Part shown: in pieces, positions 18,783 to 28,744 of the stretch
Numbering within the stretch: position 1 is the first letter of the stretch
Layout of the letters: each line of letters starts with the position of its first letter
NCBI GenBank assembly: GCA_964452145.1
Contig: CAYVLA010000005.1
Span: 21,459 to 85,458 of the forward strand
DNA length: 64,000 bases
Direction of reading: 5' to 3'
Origin: Candidatus Hadarchaeota archaeon
GTDB lineage: Archaea > CAYQAE01 > CAYVLA01
The notes under the pieces: model-generated
Databases searched by the model: none
The model's input: the letters and a program-made list of their open reading frames with translations, nothing else
Told to the model about the DNA's origin: nothing
Translations under genes and position numbers: made by a program

Positions 18783-19750
18783 CGACAATGCCCCGTGGAC
18801 CCGAGCTAGATGCGATTCTCGTCGCCGCCATGATCCTGGTTCCGTTGGCCAGCGGTTCCCAAAAGCCTGTGACGATCGTCTACAGCGGCCCGGATACCAG
18901 AATCGCCGAAGCCCTTGCATCGATCATCCGACAGGATGAGAGGTTCGCTGACGAGATCTTATTGGTATCAAGTCCAAGCGCGGTCACATTGGCGACGATC
19001 CTGCCGACGACGCGGTGCATCGTGATCTACTCGGACCATAGGAACGATCTGCTCGGACTGGGGTACAGCCTCAAACCCTTCTTTGACCTTGGCGGTGGGC
19101 TTGTTGGCATGAGGGATATCTGCTATGAGCCCTCCGCCGGGAACCTGTCGAAGGAGGTGTTTCCCGTTCACGGGAATTCGTCCGTCATGCAGACGTCAAC
19201 GAGCACGAAGCGCGTGCGCACGTACGTTGCGGCTGGCGAATCCGAAATAACCCTGGGCCTTCCTGGTCGGTTCGGGCTTCCGAGCATGGGTACCTACCTA
19301 TCGGCCGATGTGAATGGAACCTATGTTCAGATCCCGGGAGACTACCAGGCTCTGTATACAGACCACGAGACAGGGTCGCCCCTCGTGTTGGCATTTCGCA
19401 GCCAGGCGGGTGGACGATCCGTGGCGTTGCCGGGTATCTGGGTTGTCAAGACTCCCCGGGTAGACGTCTACTACGGCGCCTTGATGGAGGACGCCAACTT
19501 CACAAGGCTTCTCACGAACTCGGTCCTCTGGGCGGCTGAGGGCACCAGATTCAACCGAGTCATGGATGAAATCAGCTCGAAGCTGGAGGGAGTGGAGGAG
19601 GAGAAGATCGACCTGAGAAACCAGGCCCAGGCCATGAAAAGGAGGGATAGGAACAGACGGCTCCTGAACCTCGCGCTCCTCTGGGCTCTGGGCCTGGCAG
19701 CATGTGCAGCCATCGGCAGGAAGCTGGTCCTGGTACGCGTCGAGGAGTAA
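18779..19750 (+). CDS. Hypothetical surface protein with GATase1/ThuA-like domain, coiled coil and C-terminal TM
   Basis: Signal-like N-terminus, GGGLVG, GGRSVAL, LLTNSVLWA, charged helix, then TM followed by RK. Confidence 0.65.
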   Translation: MTTMPRGPELDAILVAAMILVPLASGSQKPVTIVYSGPDTRIAEALASIIRQDERFADEILLVSSPSAVTLATILPTTRCIVIYSDHRNDLLGLGYSLKPFFDLGGGLVGMRDICYEPSAGNLSKEVFPVHGNSSVMQTSTSTKRVRTYVAAGESEITLGLPGRFGLPSMGTYLSADVNGTYVQIPGDYQALYTDHETGSPLVLAFRSQAGGRSVALPGIWVVKTPRVDVYYGALMEDANFTRLLTNSVLWAAEGTRFNRVMDEISSKLEGVEEEKIDLRNQAQAMKRRDRNRRLLNLALLWALGLAACAAIGRKLVLVRVEE

Positions 19751-20015
19751 CCACAGGTCGCAGGGAGGCTCTTCCCGACTCACCCGGGGAAGGGAGGGCC
19801 GAAACGGACACCTTGGCATGTCCTGATATCTCCCTGACTCCCGAGAACGGGATGTCTTTCGACCGATGTCCTGTCCGAGAACTGGCTGGCAGTCAAGATC
19901 GGCGGGTCTCCGCCAGCGGAATCAATACGCATTTACCGGGTTGGTTTCCCACATGTGCCAGGCAGGGATCGACCCAGGCCTGGGCCTGATTCGGACTTGC
20001 CCGTTCTCCAGTTGC

Positions 20016-20351
20016 TTACTGGCCCGACTTCGACTGCTCTTCCGGCTTCTCGCCCCGTGCCTTGGTTCGCTTGATCGTCGGCCTGCTCAGCACAATCTCA
20101 ACGGACGAAACCTTCAGATCGCTGCCATCCTCTCTCTTCACGGTATCGGTTCCAAGCCTGATGTCCTTGTATATCACATCGGGTAGGAAACGGTTTCTTG
20201 TCACTTCGACGACATCGACGGCCGTACTTATGGCTCGTCCCCGCGCCTTGACAACGACCTCGCTGGTATCCGTCGTGTTGAACTGGGTCACGATCGCCAA
20301 TACGTAGTTCATCAAACCCTTGCTGCCGATGAACACTGAGTTCCTATCCAT
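20016..20351 (-). CDS. albA: DNA/RNA-binding protein Alba
   Basis: VFIGSKGLMNYVLA, VVVKARGRAISTAVDVVE, VSSVEIVL. Confidence 0.95.
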   Translation of the reverse strand: MDRNSVFIGSKGLMNYVLAIVTQFNTTDTSEVVVKARGRAISTAVDVVEVTRNRFLPDVIYKDIRLGTDTVKREDGSDLKVSSVEIVLSRPTIKRTKARGEKPEEQSKSGQ

Positions 20352-20675
20352 GTTCTTCCTCCCTTGTCCGTGCATTCCTCTACTGATGCGCTTCCCAGAG
20401 AATCCCTGGTGACATGGCGTGGAGTCGACTGCTTAAGTCTGTATCCTTCGCAAAGCTGATGTATTGCGGCCTGAGGCCCGCCTGAGGAGAGTCTGCTATG
20501 TGCCGCGCTAGCCAAGGTGTCCTCGCACATCAGGGAGGGGAGGCCCCGGGTCTGACATGGGGCACTGTAGCCCTCGGCCAGGCCTCGCACCCACATCTTG
20601 CGCTGTGTTATCATCATCTTGCACCCAAAGAGATTTAATCCTACAACAAAGGTCCCACGGACCGAGATGGCATGC

Positions 20676-22040
20676 ATGAACGCGGTCCTAGTCATCCTTG
20701 ACAGCCTCCGCCGAGACCATGTGGGATGCTATGGCAATGGCTGGATCAGGACGCCGAACCTGGATGCCTTCGCCAAGCAGGGCTGCATCTTCGACCGGGC
20801 CTTCCCCGAGTCTCTGCCCACGATTCCGGTTAGGCGGGCCCTCCACACCGGCAAGAGAACCTTTCCGTTCAGGGGGTACGAGCCGGTTAAGGGCGATCAC
20901 GTCAAGGTCTATGGTTGGCAACCAATCCCTGAGGATCAGGTCACATTGTCTGAGATATTGAGGCACCATGGTTACAGAACTGCGTTCATAACCGACACGT
21001 ACCATCAGTTCAAGCCCTCTATGAACTTCCACAGGGGCTTCGACGAGTGGAGGTGGATCCGGGGCCAGGAGTCGGATGCCTACAACTCCAAGCTTGCGGA
21101 CGAGATCGGCATGCATCTCTCCTCCTCCGGGAAGGGCAACAGTAGGCTGCTCAGGAGGTATCTGGCCAACATCGTTGAGCGGAAGACCGAGAAGGACTAC
21201 TTCGCGCCCAAGGTCTTCAGGGAGGCCGTGCGATGGCTAACCGACAACGGGGATGCGGAGAAGTTCTTCCTCTGCATCGACTCCTTCGACCCGCACGAGC
21301 CGTGGGATCCTCCCCAAAGCTACGTGGACCTCTATGACCCGGGCTATCAGTGCAGGGAAGTCATCACCCCGATGTACACGGACTGGCATTCGTACCTAAC
21401 GGAGGACGAGCTTCGGCACATGAGGGCCCTGTACGCCGGTGAGGTGACCATGGTGGATGCCTGGTTCGGCCGCTTCATGAATGCCCTGGACGATCGTGGG
21501 CGGCAGGAGGACACCCTGGTCGTGGTCATCTCGGACCATGGTCACCAGCTGGGCGAGCACGGACCGACGGGAAAGGTCCCCGAGGGACTACACCCGGAAC
21601 TCATGGATATCCCACTGATCATACGGGAACCGACAGGGCAGGGCGGCCGGAAGAGGCTGGACCCCTTTGTCTACAACCATGACGTCTTTCCGACGATCCT
21701 GTCCTATCTCGGCATCTCGCCTCCAGACCATCCCGACGGCATGGATCTGGCCCCACTGATTCGAGGAGAAACCGACGAGACCAGGCCCTATGTCACCTCA
21801 GGGTTCAGCGACTATGCCTGGATCCGCGATGATGATTTCGTGCTGATTCGTAGCTCGGACGGGAACCAACAGATCCTCTACGACCTCGGAACCGACCCCG
21901 AGCAGCAAACCGACGTGTCCAGCGAACAACCCGATCAAGCCCAGCGCTTGACGCAGCTCCTCCTAGCGGACGCAGGGGGACAGCTACCCGACTACCGTGC
22001 GCTGATCAGAAGACGGCTGGCCGACTGGTACGAGAGCTGA
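20676..22040 (+). CDS. Sulfatase / alkaline phosphatase superfamily hydrolase
   Basis: DSLRRD, TPNLD, TIPVRRALHTG, FDPHEPWDPP, SDHG. Confidence 0.88.
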   Translation: MNAVLVILDSLRRDHVGCYGNGWIRTPNLDAFAKQGCIFDRAFPESLPTIPVRRALHTGKRTFPFRGYEPVKGDHVKVYGWQPIPEDQVTLSEILRHHGYRTAFITDTYHQFKPSMNFHRGFDEWRWIRGQESDAYNSKLADEIGMHLSSSGKGNSRLLRRYLANIVERKTEKDYFAPKVFREAVRWLTDNGDAEKFFLCIDSFDPHEPWDPPQSYVDLYDPGYQCREVITPMYTDWHSYLTEDELRHMRALYAGEVTMVDAWFGRFMNALDDRGRQEDTLVVVISDHGHQLGEHGPTGKVPEGLHPELMDIPLIIREPTGQGGRKRLDPFVYNHDVFPTILSYLGISPPDHPDGMDLAPLIRGETDETRPYVTSGFSDYAWIRDDDFVLIRSSDGNQQILYDLGTDPEQQTDVSSEQPDQAQRLTQLLLADAGGQLPDYRALIRRRLADWYES

Positions 22041-22052
22041 GGAGGAAGCACG

Positions 22053-23114
22053 ATGAATGTCAGGGACAGGGTGCAGGCCGTCCTTAATGGGCGGACCCCG
22101 GACAGGATACCCCAGCTCATCTACTCGGGCCACCTGCCTAGAGGAAGCTTCGAACGCCGGATGAGGAATCTGGGGTTGGGCCTGGACATCAGATGTAGGG
22201 TGCACAGAACGGAAACCCCGCATGTCAAGACTGAGAGCAAGAAGGTCGGCACTTACTCCCACATAGAGACCTCCACGCCCGTCGGAACCCTTCACTCCAA
22301 GCGACGGGTTGATATGAGGTTTCAGCTTCCGGGGGGAAGCTGGTTGCTCGAACACCCAGTGAAGAAGGAGGAGGACCTGGAGGTAGTCAAGTTCATCGTC
22401 GAGGACACTGCCTACGAACCATACTATGAGGACTACTGCCAGAACTATCGAGAGCTGGAGGGGGACGGAGTGGTGACCGTCTCGTCCGGCTACACCCCTT
22501 TGATGAGGATCATGATAGAGTTCTTGGGCGTCAAGAGCTTCGTTCTGATGTACAGACGTAGCCCTCGGGCCATCGAAGAGCTGGTGAAGGTCATTGACCG
22601 CAAGTATCTGGAGCTGTACTCCATCATAGCGGAGTCCCCTGCCGAGATAGTCAGGATAGGCGACAACACCGACGAGGTCATCGTGCCCCCTGCCCTCTTC
22701 GAGCGGCACTGCCTCCCCTACTTCGACAAGTACTGCCGAGTTCTGAGGAAGTCCGGCAAAAAGGTCATCTCACATATGGACGGCAGACTGAAGACTCTAA
22801 AGGAGCTGATCGCCCTCACGGAGCTAGATGCCATAGAGGCCTTCACTCCTCCGCCCACCGGCAACCTGCCGCTCAAGGAGGCCCGGGCCGCTTGGAGCGG
22901 GAAGGCCATCTGGATGAACTTCCCCGAGAGCGTCCTGCTTGGATCGGCTGAGAGCATCAGGAAGCACACCATGTCCATTCTGAAGGAGATCGCCCCTGGC
23001 GATGGGTACATCATCTCCATCACGGAGGACATCCACCCCGAGCACTACCGTAAAGGTCTGGGGACCTTGACCCGCACGTTATGCAGGCACGGAAGTCTGC
23101 CTCTGACGGCCTGA
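22053..23114 (+). CDS. Uroporphyrinogen decarboxylase / MtaA-like family protein
   Basis: N-terminal RDRV..VL.G..PDRIP, GDN, HMDG, APGDGYI. Confidence 0.82.
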   Translation: MNVRDRVQAVLNGRTPDRIPQLIYSGHLPRGSFERRMRNLGLGLDIRCRVHRTETPHVKTESKKVGTYSHIETSTPVGTLHSKRRVDMRFQLPGGSWLLEHPVKKEEDLEVVKFIVEDTAYEPYYEDYCQNYRELEGDGVVTVSSGYTPLMRIMIEFLGVKSFVLMYRRSPRAIEELVKVIDRKYLELYSIIAESPAEIVRIGDNTDEVIVPPALFERHCLPYFDKYCRVLRKSGKKVISHMDGRLKTLKELIALTELDAIEAFTPPPTGNLPLKEARAAWSGKAIWMNFPESVLLGSAESIRKHTMSILKEIAPGDGYIISITEDIHPEHYRKGLGTLTRTLCRHGSLPLTA

Positions 23115-23203
23115 ACATTTGCCTTGGGCCAACCGCTCGCCAGAGGCTGGAAAGCGTTATACGCTCGCGGTGTGAGCCACGTAGCACCCTTGGCGTGGGG
23201 CTG

Positions 23204-24457
23204 ATGGGAATGGCTCGAAATCCTTCGTCGAATCCGATCCGGACTCTCGTCAGGGTCCTAGTGGTCAGCCTCCTGCTTGCCCCCGCAATCCTGGCCATGG
23301 AGACGAGGCAGGATCCCAACACCAGGAGGGTCAGGGCTCTTCTTGGCGGATTCCCACCTTCAGGATGGCCTGGCTGGGCAGAGGTCTTCACCTTTGCCAT
23401 TGAGGACCCGAGAATCGATGTGAGGGCAGCGATACCCCACCTGAGCCTCGACACCCCAATGGTCGACCTGGCTTTCGCCAGACGTGTAGCTAGGATATAC
23501 ATGCCTCGGAACTACGGGTCATTTCTCGACAACGTCGACTTCGTCGCCCTGATTAACATCGACAGACGCATCTTCACGCCCGAGAACATCGCATGGTTCA
23601 CGGACGGTGTCATCGATGAAGGCATAGGCCTCCTCATGACCGGCGGCTCCCAAGGCTTCGGCGGATACGGGGGATTCCCCAGCTGGGCCGACACGGTTCT
23701 GGATGAGGTGTTGCCCGTGTACTGCTATGAGGGCGAGCACTCCAAGTCTTATCTCCCGCGCCTCCGCGTCAATATGCCCGACAACGAACTGGCCAGGAGC
23801 ATACCATGGGAGGAGGCTCCATGCTACTTTCCATACAACTTCGTCTCCCCCAAGGAGGGATGCAACGTCATAATCGAATCGCGGGATGAGAAGAAGACCC
23901 CGATCATATTCTACTGGGACGTCGGGAAGGGCAGGTGCGTAGGGGAGCAGAACATCTTCGGGGTCTTTGGCTGCAATTTCATGGAATGGACCTACTTTCA
24001 GGACCATGTGATAAACGTCTACTACTACACGGTGGCAGTCCCACTGCCCACAGACATCCTCATCGCGCACGAACTACGCAGAAAATGGCATGAGTACAGA
24101 ATCCAGTTGAAACTGCTGGCCAGCCTGATCGAATTCGCTGACAGATTCGGGGCCAACATGCGAACAGTGGACGACCAGATGGAAGGTCTGCGCTCAATCA
24201 AGGCCACGGCGGATGATCTGTACCTGGAGAACGACCATCCCGCGGCTCTGCGCGTGATACAGGAAGCCATCTCCGAGGCTCGGAGGATCGGTCATCTGGC
24301 TGTGAGGCTCAAGGACCAGGCCCTCCTCTGGGTCTATGCCATAGAGTCGGCGACGACCCTGGGTGTCTTCCTGCTGTCCGGGACCCTGCTCTGGTCACTC
24401 ATGGTCAGAAAGGCCCTATACACGGAGGTCTCCGGCACTAGGTGGACCAATAGGTAG
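23204..24457 (+). CDS. Membrane-anchored surface protein, paralog 3 (clear DUF1355/GATase1-like domain)
   Basis: RIYMPR, GIGLLMTGGSQGFGG..SW..T.L.EVLPV, WDVGKGR, FADRFGAN, ALLWVYAIE...MVRKALYTEVSGTR. Confidence 0.82.
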   Translation: MGMARNPSSNPIRTLVRVLVVSLLLAPAILAMETRQDPNTRRVRALLGGFPPSGWPGWAEVFTFAIEDPRIDVRAAIPHLSLDTPMVDLAFARRVARIYMPRNYGSFLDNVDFVALINIDRRIFTPENIAWFTDGVIDEGIGLLMTGGSQGFGGYGGFPSWADTVLDEVLPVYCYEGEHSKSYLPRLRVNMPDNELARSIPWEEAPCYFPYNFVSPKEGCNVIIESRDEKKTPIIFYWDVGKGRCVGEQNIFGVFGCNFMEWTYFQDHVINVYYYTVAVPLPTDILIAHELRRKWHEYRIQLKLLASLIEFADRFGANMRTVDDQMEGLRSIKATADDLYLENDHPAALRVIQEAISEARRIGHLAVRLKDQALLWVYAIESATTLGVFLLSGTLLWSLMVRKALYTEVSGTRWTNR

Positions 24458-24480
24458 CAACCGGGGCCGGTATGGTGCGA

Positions 24481-24705
24481 TCAGCAGCCGATGTAGATCT
24501 TGTAGCGCGGGCTCGGCCCTCTGTGGGTATAGGTGTTGATGCATGCAGGGGGCTCGAAGAAGGCCTCTTGCTTGCTGCGCTCTTGTTTCCACCTCACCCC
24601 GGCGACGGTGACAAGGCCTAGGAAGACCACGCTGACCAAGAGGACCTGGCAGAAGGGGGAGATGCCTTCGAACGTGCCCAGAACAAGCTGAACGGCCTCG
24701 TGCAT
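24481..24705 (-). CDS. Small single-pass membrane protein (74 aa)
   Basis: ATG ~22 nt below a TTTATAAA box; hydrophobic VLLVSVVFLGLVTVAGV followed by a basic segment. Confidence 0.55.
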   Translation of the reverse strand: MHEAVQLVLGTFEGISPFCQVLLVSVVFLGLVTVAGVRWKQERSKQEAFFEPPACINTYTHRGPSPRYKIYIGC

Positions 24706-24726
24706 ACCCCAAGTTCCGCGCGCCTG

Positions 24727-24734
24727 TTTATAAA
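24727..24734. promoter_or_regulatory. Palindromic TATA box in a divergent intergenic region
   Basis: TTTATAAA. Confidence 0.55.
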
Positions 24735-24854
24735 ACCGCGAAGGCCAGGGGATGTAAGACGATCGATGCCGTTCGGTCCACCCAACCGACGAACTGCGTT
24801 CGGATGCACCCGGGCCCAGAAAGATACTTGTACCTCTTTCTCGGATCAGGCGGC

Positions 24855-26126
24855 ATGTTCGAAACGGCCCGGAGGGTAGTGACACATGATGGAGCCCTGG
24901 GTCTGATCCTGCTTTCCCTTCTCTTACCTTGTCTGGCCGCACCCGCCCAGGACCCGCAGACGGGCAAGGTCAGGGTCCTCTACATCGGTGACTGCTTCGG
25001 TGTGCGTGCCAAGCCCTACATCTACATGCTTCGGGATCCACTGTTCCGGATAACGCCCATACCCATAATCTCGGGCCTTGGAAGCGAGGAGCAGTACCAG
25101 GAGCAGACTAGGCAGCTCATGAGGCAGTACATGCCCCGCACGCTCAAGGCCCACCTGACCAGCTACGATCTGGTGGTTCTAGGAGCCATGCCCGTCTACA
25201 ACTTCAGGTCCGACCAGATGCTTTGGTTCAAGAAGGGTGTGGAGGAAGCCGGCCAGGGACTCATGATGATCGGTGGCTACCTCACTTTCGGCGGGAAGCC
25301 GCCGAGCCCGTCATGGTCCGGGACAAGCGTGGACGAGGTCCTCCCCGTTTACTCGCTGGATGGGCAGATCACGGAGAACATCATCATCAAGCCCGTCCCG
25401 GTGGACCCAAATCACGGTTTCTGCACCTCCCTTCCCTGGGCTGCGGCCAAACCCTTTTTCGGCATGAATATCGTGCTGCTCAAGGAGGGCGCGTTCAGTG
25501 TCCTGAAAGGCTCGGCCGTCCACGAGAACCCTCTGCTGGCCTACTGGGAGATCGGGAGGGGCTCCTCCATGGCCCATGCTCCCGATTGGGCCCCGGGATG
25601 GGGGGAATCATTCATGTACTGGCAGTATTTCCCGGATTACGTCTGCAACCTGCTGTACCTCTTGGCACGCCTCCAAGTCCCCCAAGACCTGAACCTCATG
25701 CATGCGGTACGGGCAGCGCTCCACGCCCATATTCAGGAGCGCGGATACATCCAGACAATGGCCAACTTCGTCGAGGGCTTTGGGGGGAATCCTGATCCCA
25801 TCTATCGTGGTCTGGCAAGAATTGAGGAAATGACCAGGGAAGCCTACGATCTCTACGCGGGGCAGGACTATGAGGCTGTCATAGCCAAGATGGATGAGGT
25901 GTCTGAGGCGGTGGCAAACCTGGGCCGAAGTGCCATCGAGCTTAAGAACCGGGCCATGGCGTGGATCTACGCCATAGAATGGCTGACCATCAGCGGGACT
26001 CTGATGACGGGGAGCTACATCCTCTGGACGCTCATGGTGCGCAGAAGGCTGTACAGGCAGGTCACCGTAACGAGGCTGGCCGCCGCGGGGAACGGCAGCG
26101 TGGATGAACACGGCGGATCTGGCTAG
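24855..26126 (+). CDS. Membrane-anchored surface protein, paralog 4
   Basis: Signal peptide, DPQTGKVRVLYIGD, RQYMPR, GLMMIGG...FGG, FVEGFGGN, AMAWIYAIEW...MVRRRLYRQVTVTR. Confidence 0.82.
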   Translation: MFETARRVVTHDGALGLILLSLLLPCLAAPAQDPQTGKVRVLYIGDCFGVRAKPYIYMLRDPLFRITPIPIISGLGSEEQYQEQTRQLMRQYMPRTLKAHLTSYDLVVLGAMPVYNFRSDQMLWFKKGVEEAGQGLMMIGGYLTFGGKPPSPSWSGTSVDEVLPVYSLDGQITENIIIKPVPVDPNHGFCTSLPWAAAKPFFGMNIVLLKEGAFSVLKGSAVHENPLLAYWEIGRGSSMAHAPDWAPGWGESFMYWQYFPDYVCNLLYLLARLQVPQDLNLMHAVRAALHAHIQERGYIQTMANFVEGFGGNPDPIYRGLARIEEMTREAYDLYAGQDYEAVIAKMDEVSEAVANLGRSAIELKNRAMAWIYAIEWLTISGTLMTGSYILWTLMVRRRLYRQVTVTRLAAAGNGSVDEHGGSG

Positions 26127-26151
26127 CATCGAGCCAGGGTGTCCCGAGGGT

Positions 26152-27018
26152 TCAGAGTCCCACCTTCGATGGATGCTCCGGCAGGCCCTTGACGCCCAAA
26201 GCCAAACGGAAGAGCCCGCCAGCGCCCGGACCTTCCGATTCCTTCTTGTCGCCGCCAGCCGTGGTCACATAGATGTCCTTGCAGCCGTTTCCGCCGAAGG
26301 TCACGCTTGAGACCTTTCTAGCCGGGAAAGAGATGTGCATGTCTTCCTTTCCATCAGGACCATATCGCCCCAGCCGGCTGCCATCCCATATGGCCGACCA
26401 GACGAAGCCGTGGGAGTCAACCGTCATGCCGTCGGGCGTGCCATCGCCGCCTGGGAGGCGAAGGAAGAGTTTTCGGTTTGTGACGTCACCGGTTCTGGAC
26501 CTGTAGTCGAACAGGTAGATTTCGCGCTTGGCCGAATCGGTGAAGTACATCCCCTTCCCATCCGGGGTGAAGCCCATTCCGTTAGGACAGCCAACGCCGT
26601 CAAGGATCTTGACTAGGTTGCCATCACGCTCGAGCCTGTATAGGCTGCCGAGATGATTCCTGCTCGGCATGGTCCCGCAGAAGACACGTCCCATCGGGTC
26701 AGCGATGACGTCGTTGAAGCGCGAAGAGCGCTCCTCCCGGATCTCCGGGATGATGGTTGAGAACGTGCCGTCTCTCCAGACTCGCACAGCCCCTCTCTCC
26801 ATGAAGAGCAGCAAGGCCCCGTCTGCCTGTATGGTGAAGCCTCCAACGACGTCGCCCTTGTAGAACTGCTCGTGTCTCCCTGAATCGGGAGAGTAGCGGA
26901 ACATGCGGCCAGTTGGTATATCCACCCAGTAAAGCTTGCTTTCGCTCGGATGCCAGAGAGGACCTTCGCCGGTCATGCAACGATAGTCTGCAACCATCTC
27001 GGGTATTGTCGTCGACAT
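26152..27018 (-). CDS. SMP-30/gluconolactonase/LRE family protein
   Basis: GEGPLW, RFND, PNGMGF, PDGMTVD, SVTFGG. Confidence 0.93.
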   Translation of the reverse strand: MSTTIPEMVADYRCMTGEGPLWHPSESKLYWVDIPTGRMFRYSPDSGRHEQFYKGDVVGGFTIQADGALLLFMERGAVRVWRDGTFSTIIPEIREERSSRFNDVIADPMGRVFCGTMPSRNHLGSLYRLERDGNLVKILDGVGCPNGMGFTPDGKGMYFTDSAKREIYLFDYRSRTGDVTNRKLFLRLPGGDGTPDGMTVDSHGFVWSAIWDGSRLGRYGPDGKEDMHISFPARKVSSVTFGGNGCKDIYVTTAGGDKKESEGPGAGGLFRLALGVKGLPEHPSKVGL

Positions 27019-27067
27019 GGATCAACCTCCGAGGACACACGGTCCGCACAAGATGTCTTAAGTCTTT

Positions 27068-27092
27068 GGCCCATGGCCCAGGCCCAGGCCCT
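27068..27092. repeat. Tandem GGCCCA hexamers upstream of the lactonase TATA-like box
   Basis: GGCCCA-T-GGCCCA-GGCCCA-GGCCCT next to CTTAAG (27057-27062). Confidence 0.55.
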
Positions 27093-27314
27093 GGGCTCCA
27101 GCCCCGGCTTCGGGCTCCCATCTCAGTTCGTGTGTCCAAGACTCATCACCATGGTAAACCGAACGGTATCCGTTCGCCCTCAGCCATCTCTCAGGGAGGC
27201 GACGATCTTCTTCTTGATGCCTGTCCGGCAAGACCGGCCTGAGGTACTGCTCAAAGATCATCACCTCCGTGACCTCGATCTTGTGTGGGCGAAGGTCACC
27301 CATCTGATCAAGCC

Positions 27315-28541
27315 TCAGCCACTCTCTATCAGACGGGTCTGCTTGACCTCCTTGTACAACCGCCTCCTGACCATGACCAACCACAGAACCGACCCTGTCA
27401 GGATGAAGGTTGCGGTGACAACGCACCACTCCGTCAGGAATATCCAGAGACTGGCAGCATCCCTCGCCTTTATGGCCTCGTTCATGGCATATGCGCATAG
27501 ATCGAGCACCGACCCGAAGGCAGCCAGAGATTCTTCCATCCGGCACTCCACATAGAGCCTCCCCGCCCTTGCCTTCTCAGTCTGGATCTCTCCGGCCAAT
27601 CTGATCACCGGAGCGCTGTTGCCTCCCAGCTTGTCGACCAGATCGATGGTGTAGTAGAGAGTCAGCAGAGCTTCGTTCGCCTCCCTCATCCTGCGCCTGA
27701 CGAGATAAACCACCTCTAGGTCCTCGGGCAGCTTCTGGCCGGCGAGGAACAGCATCATGTTGGTCACATAATCTCCGTAGTGCTTCCATCTCATGAAGAT
27801 CGTGCCCCCGTCAGGCGTCCAATCAACGGCCTGCGCCATGGTCCTCCCCCTGCCTATATCCCACCACATGAGGCAGGGATCCTCGCCGCCGCCACCGCGC
27901 ACGATGACGGACAGGAGCGTGGCCGGGGGCGTGGGCTTGAGGTTGCAGCCGGTGCTAAAAGAGCCGTAGGTCCCCAGGGTCCGGAACGGCAGGCTCTTGG
28001 TGAACTCGTCCTCATGATTCACTATCTTCATGACGCCGCCCTGTATCTTGGGTGGGGACGCGATCATTTCGCACGGCAAGACGCTCGCAACCGAGGTGAT
28101 CTCCCAGGTTGGATAGGCCCCGCCTCCCCCGGTGAAGCTCTCAGCCCCACCTATCATGACTAGGCCAAGCCCCTCCCCGACAACGCCTCGGGTCAGCCAA
28201 TCGAAGTGCTCGGTGCGGAAGGCTTCCCGATTGGCATCGCTAAGGACTACCACATCGTTGGTGAGGAACTTGGAGTAGGTCCTGGGCATATATGCCCTGA
28301 CGCTCTTCCTTATGGCCTCGGTGGGCTGGTGCACCGTGCAGGCATAGACCGCCGTGCAGTACAGGAGTGGGTCGGAGTTCAGCACAGGAAATGGATTGGG
28401 TACTCCCATGGCGTCACCGATGTACAGAACCCTAACCCGGCCCGTGGTGGGGTCGGCCCTCAGCTCACGAGCGTGGCAGGGGCACCACGCTAGGAACAGG
28501 AAGACGAGAAGAGCCTCGCAGAGAAGCATGAGGTGCTTCAT
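27315..28541 (-). CDS. Membrane-anchored surface protein, paralog 5
   Basis: Signal peptide, DPTTGRVRVLYIGD, RAYMPR, GLVMIGGAESF, LVDKLGGN, ASLWIFLTEW...MVRRRLYKEVKQTR. Confidence 0.82.
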   Translation of the reverse strand: MKHLMLLCEALLVFLFLAWCPCHARELRADPTTGRVRVLYIGDAMGVPNPFPVLNSDPLLYCTAVYACTVHQPTEAIRKSVRAYMPRTYSKFLTNDVVVLSDANREAFRTEHFDWLTRGVVGEGLGLVMIGGAESFTGGGGAYPTWEITSVASVLPCEMIASPPKIQGGVMKIVNHEDEFTKSLPFRTLGTYGSFSTGCNLKPTPPATLLSVIVRGGGGEDPCLMWWDIGRGRTMAQAVDWTPDGGTIFMRWKHYGDYVTNMMLFLAGQKLPEDLEVVYLVRRRMREANEALLTLYYTIDLVDKLGGNSAPVIRLAGEIQTEKARAGRLYVECRMEESLAAFGSVLDLCAYAMNEAIKARDAASLWIFLTEWCVVTATFILTGSVLWLVMVRRRLYKEVKQTRLIESG

Positions 28542-28744
28542 TGAACTTACGCGAGGTAGCGTTCCGTCCCTATAAGTCTTGCTGGAGGGGGTGGGTGTGG
28601 GTACGGGAGTACTGGGCGGAAAGTCCATTAAGAAGCGAGCTGATCCCATCGATCGCAGCTTTCGTAGACCCTTCTGGTGCAGCATCTGGAAACCCTTTTC
28701 TTCCAGGGTCATTGTCTCTGTTCCAATCCACAGGGGGCTCACCG

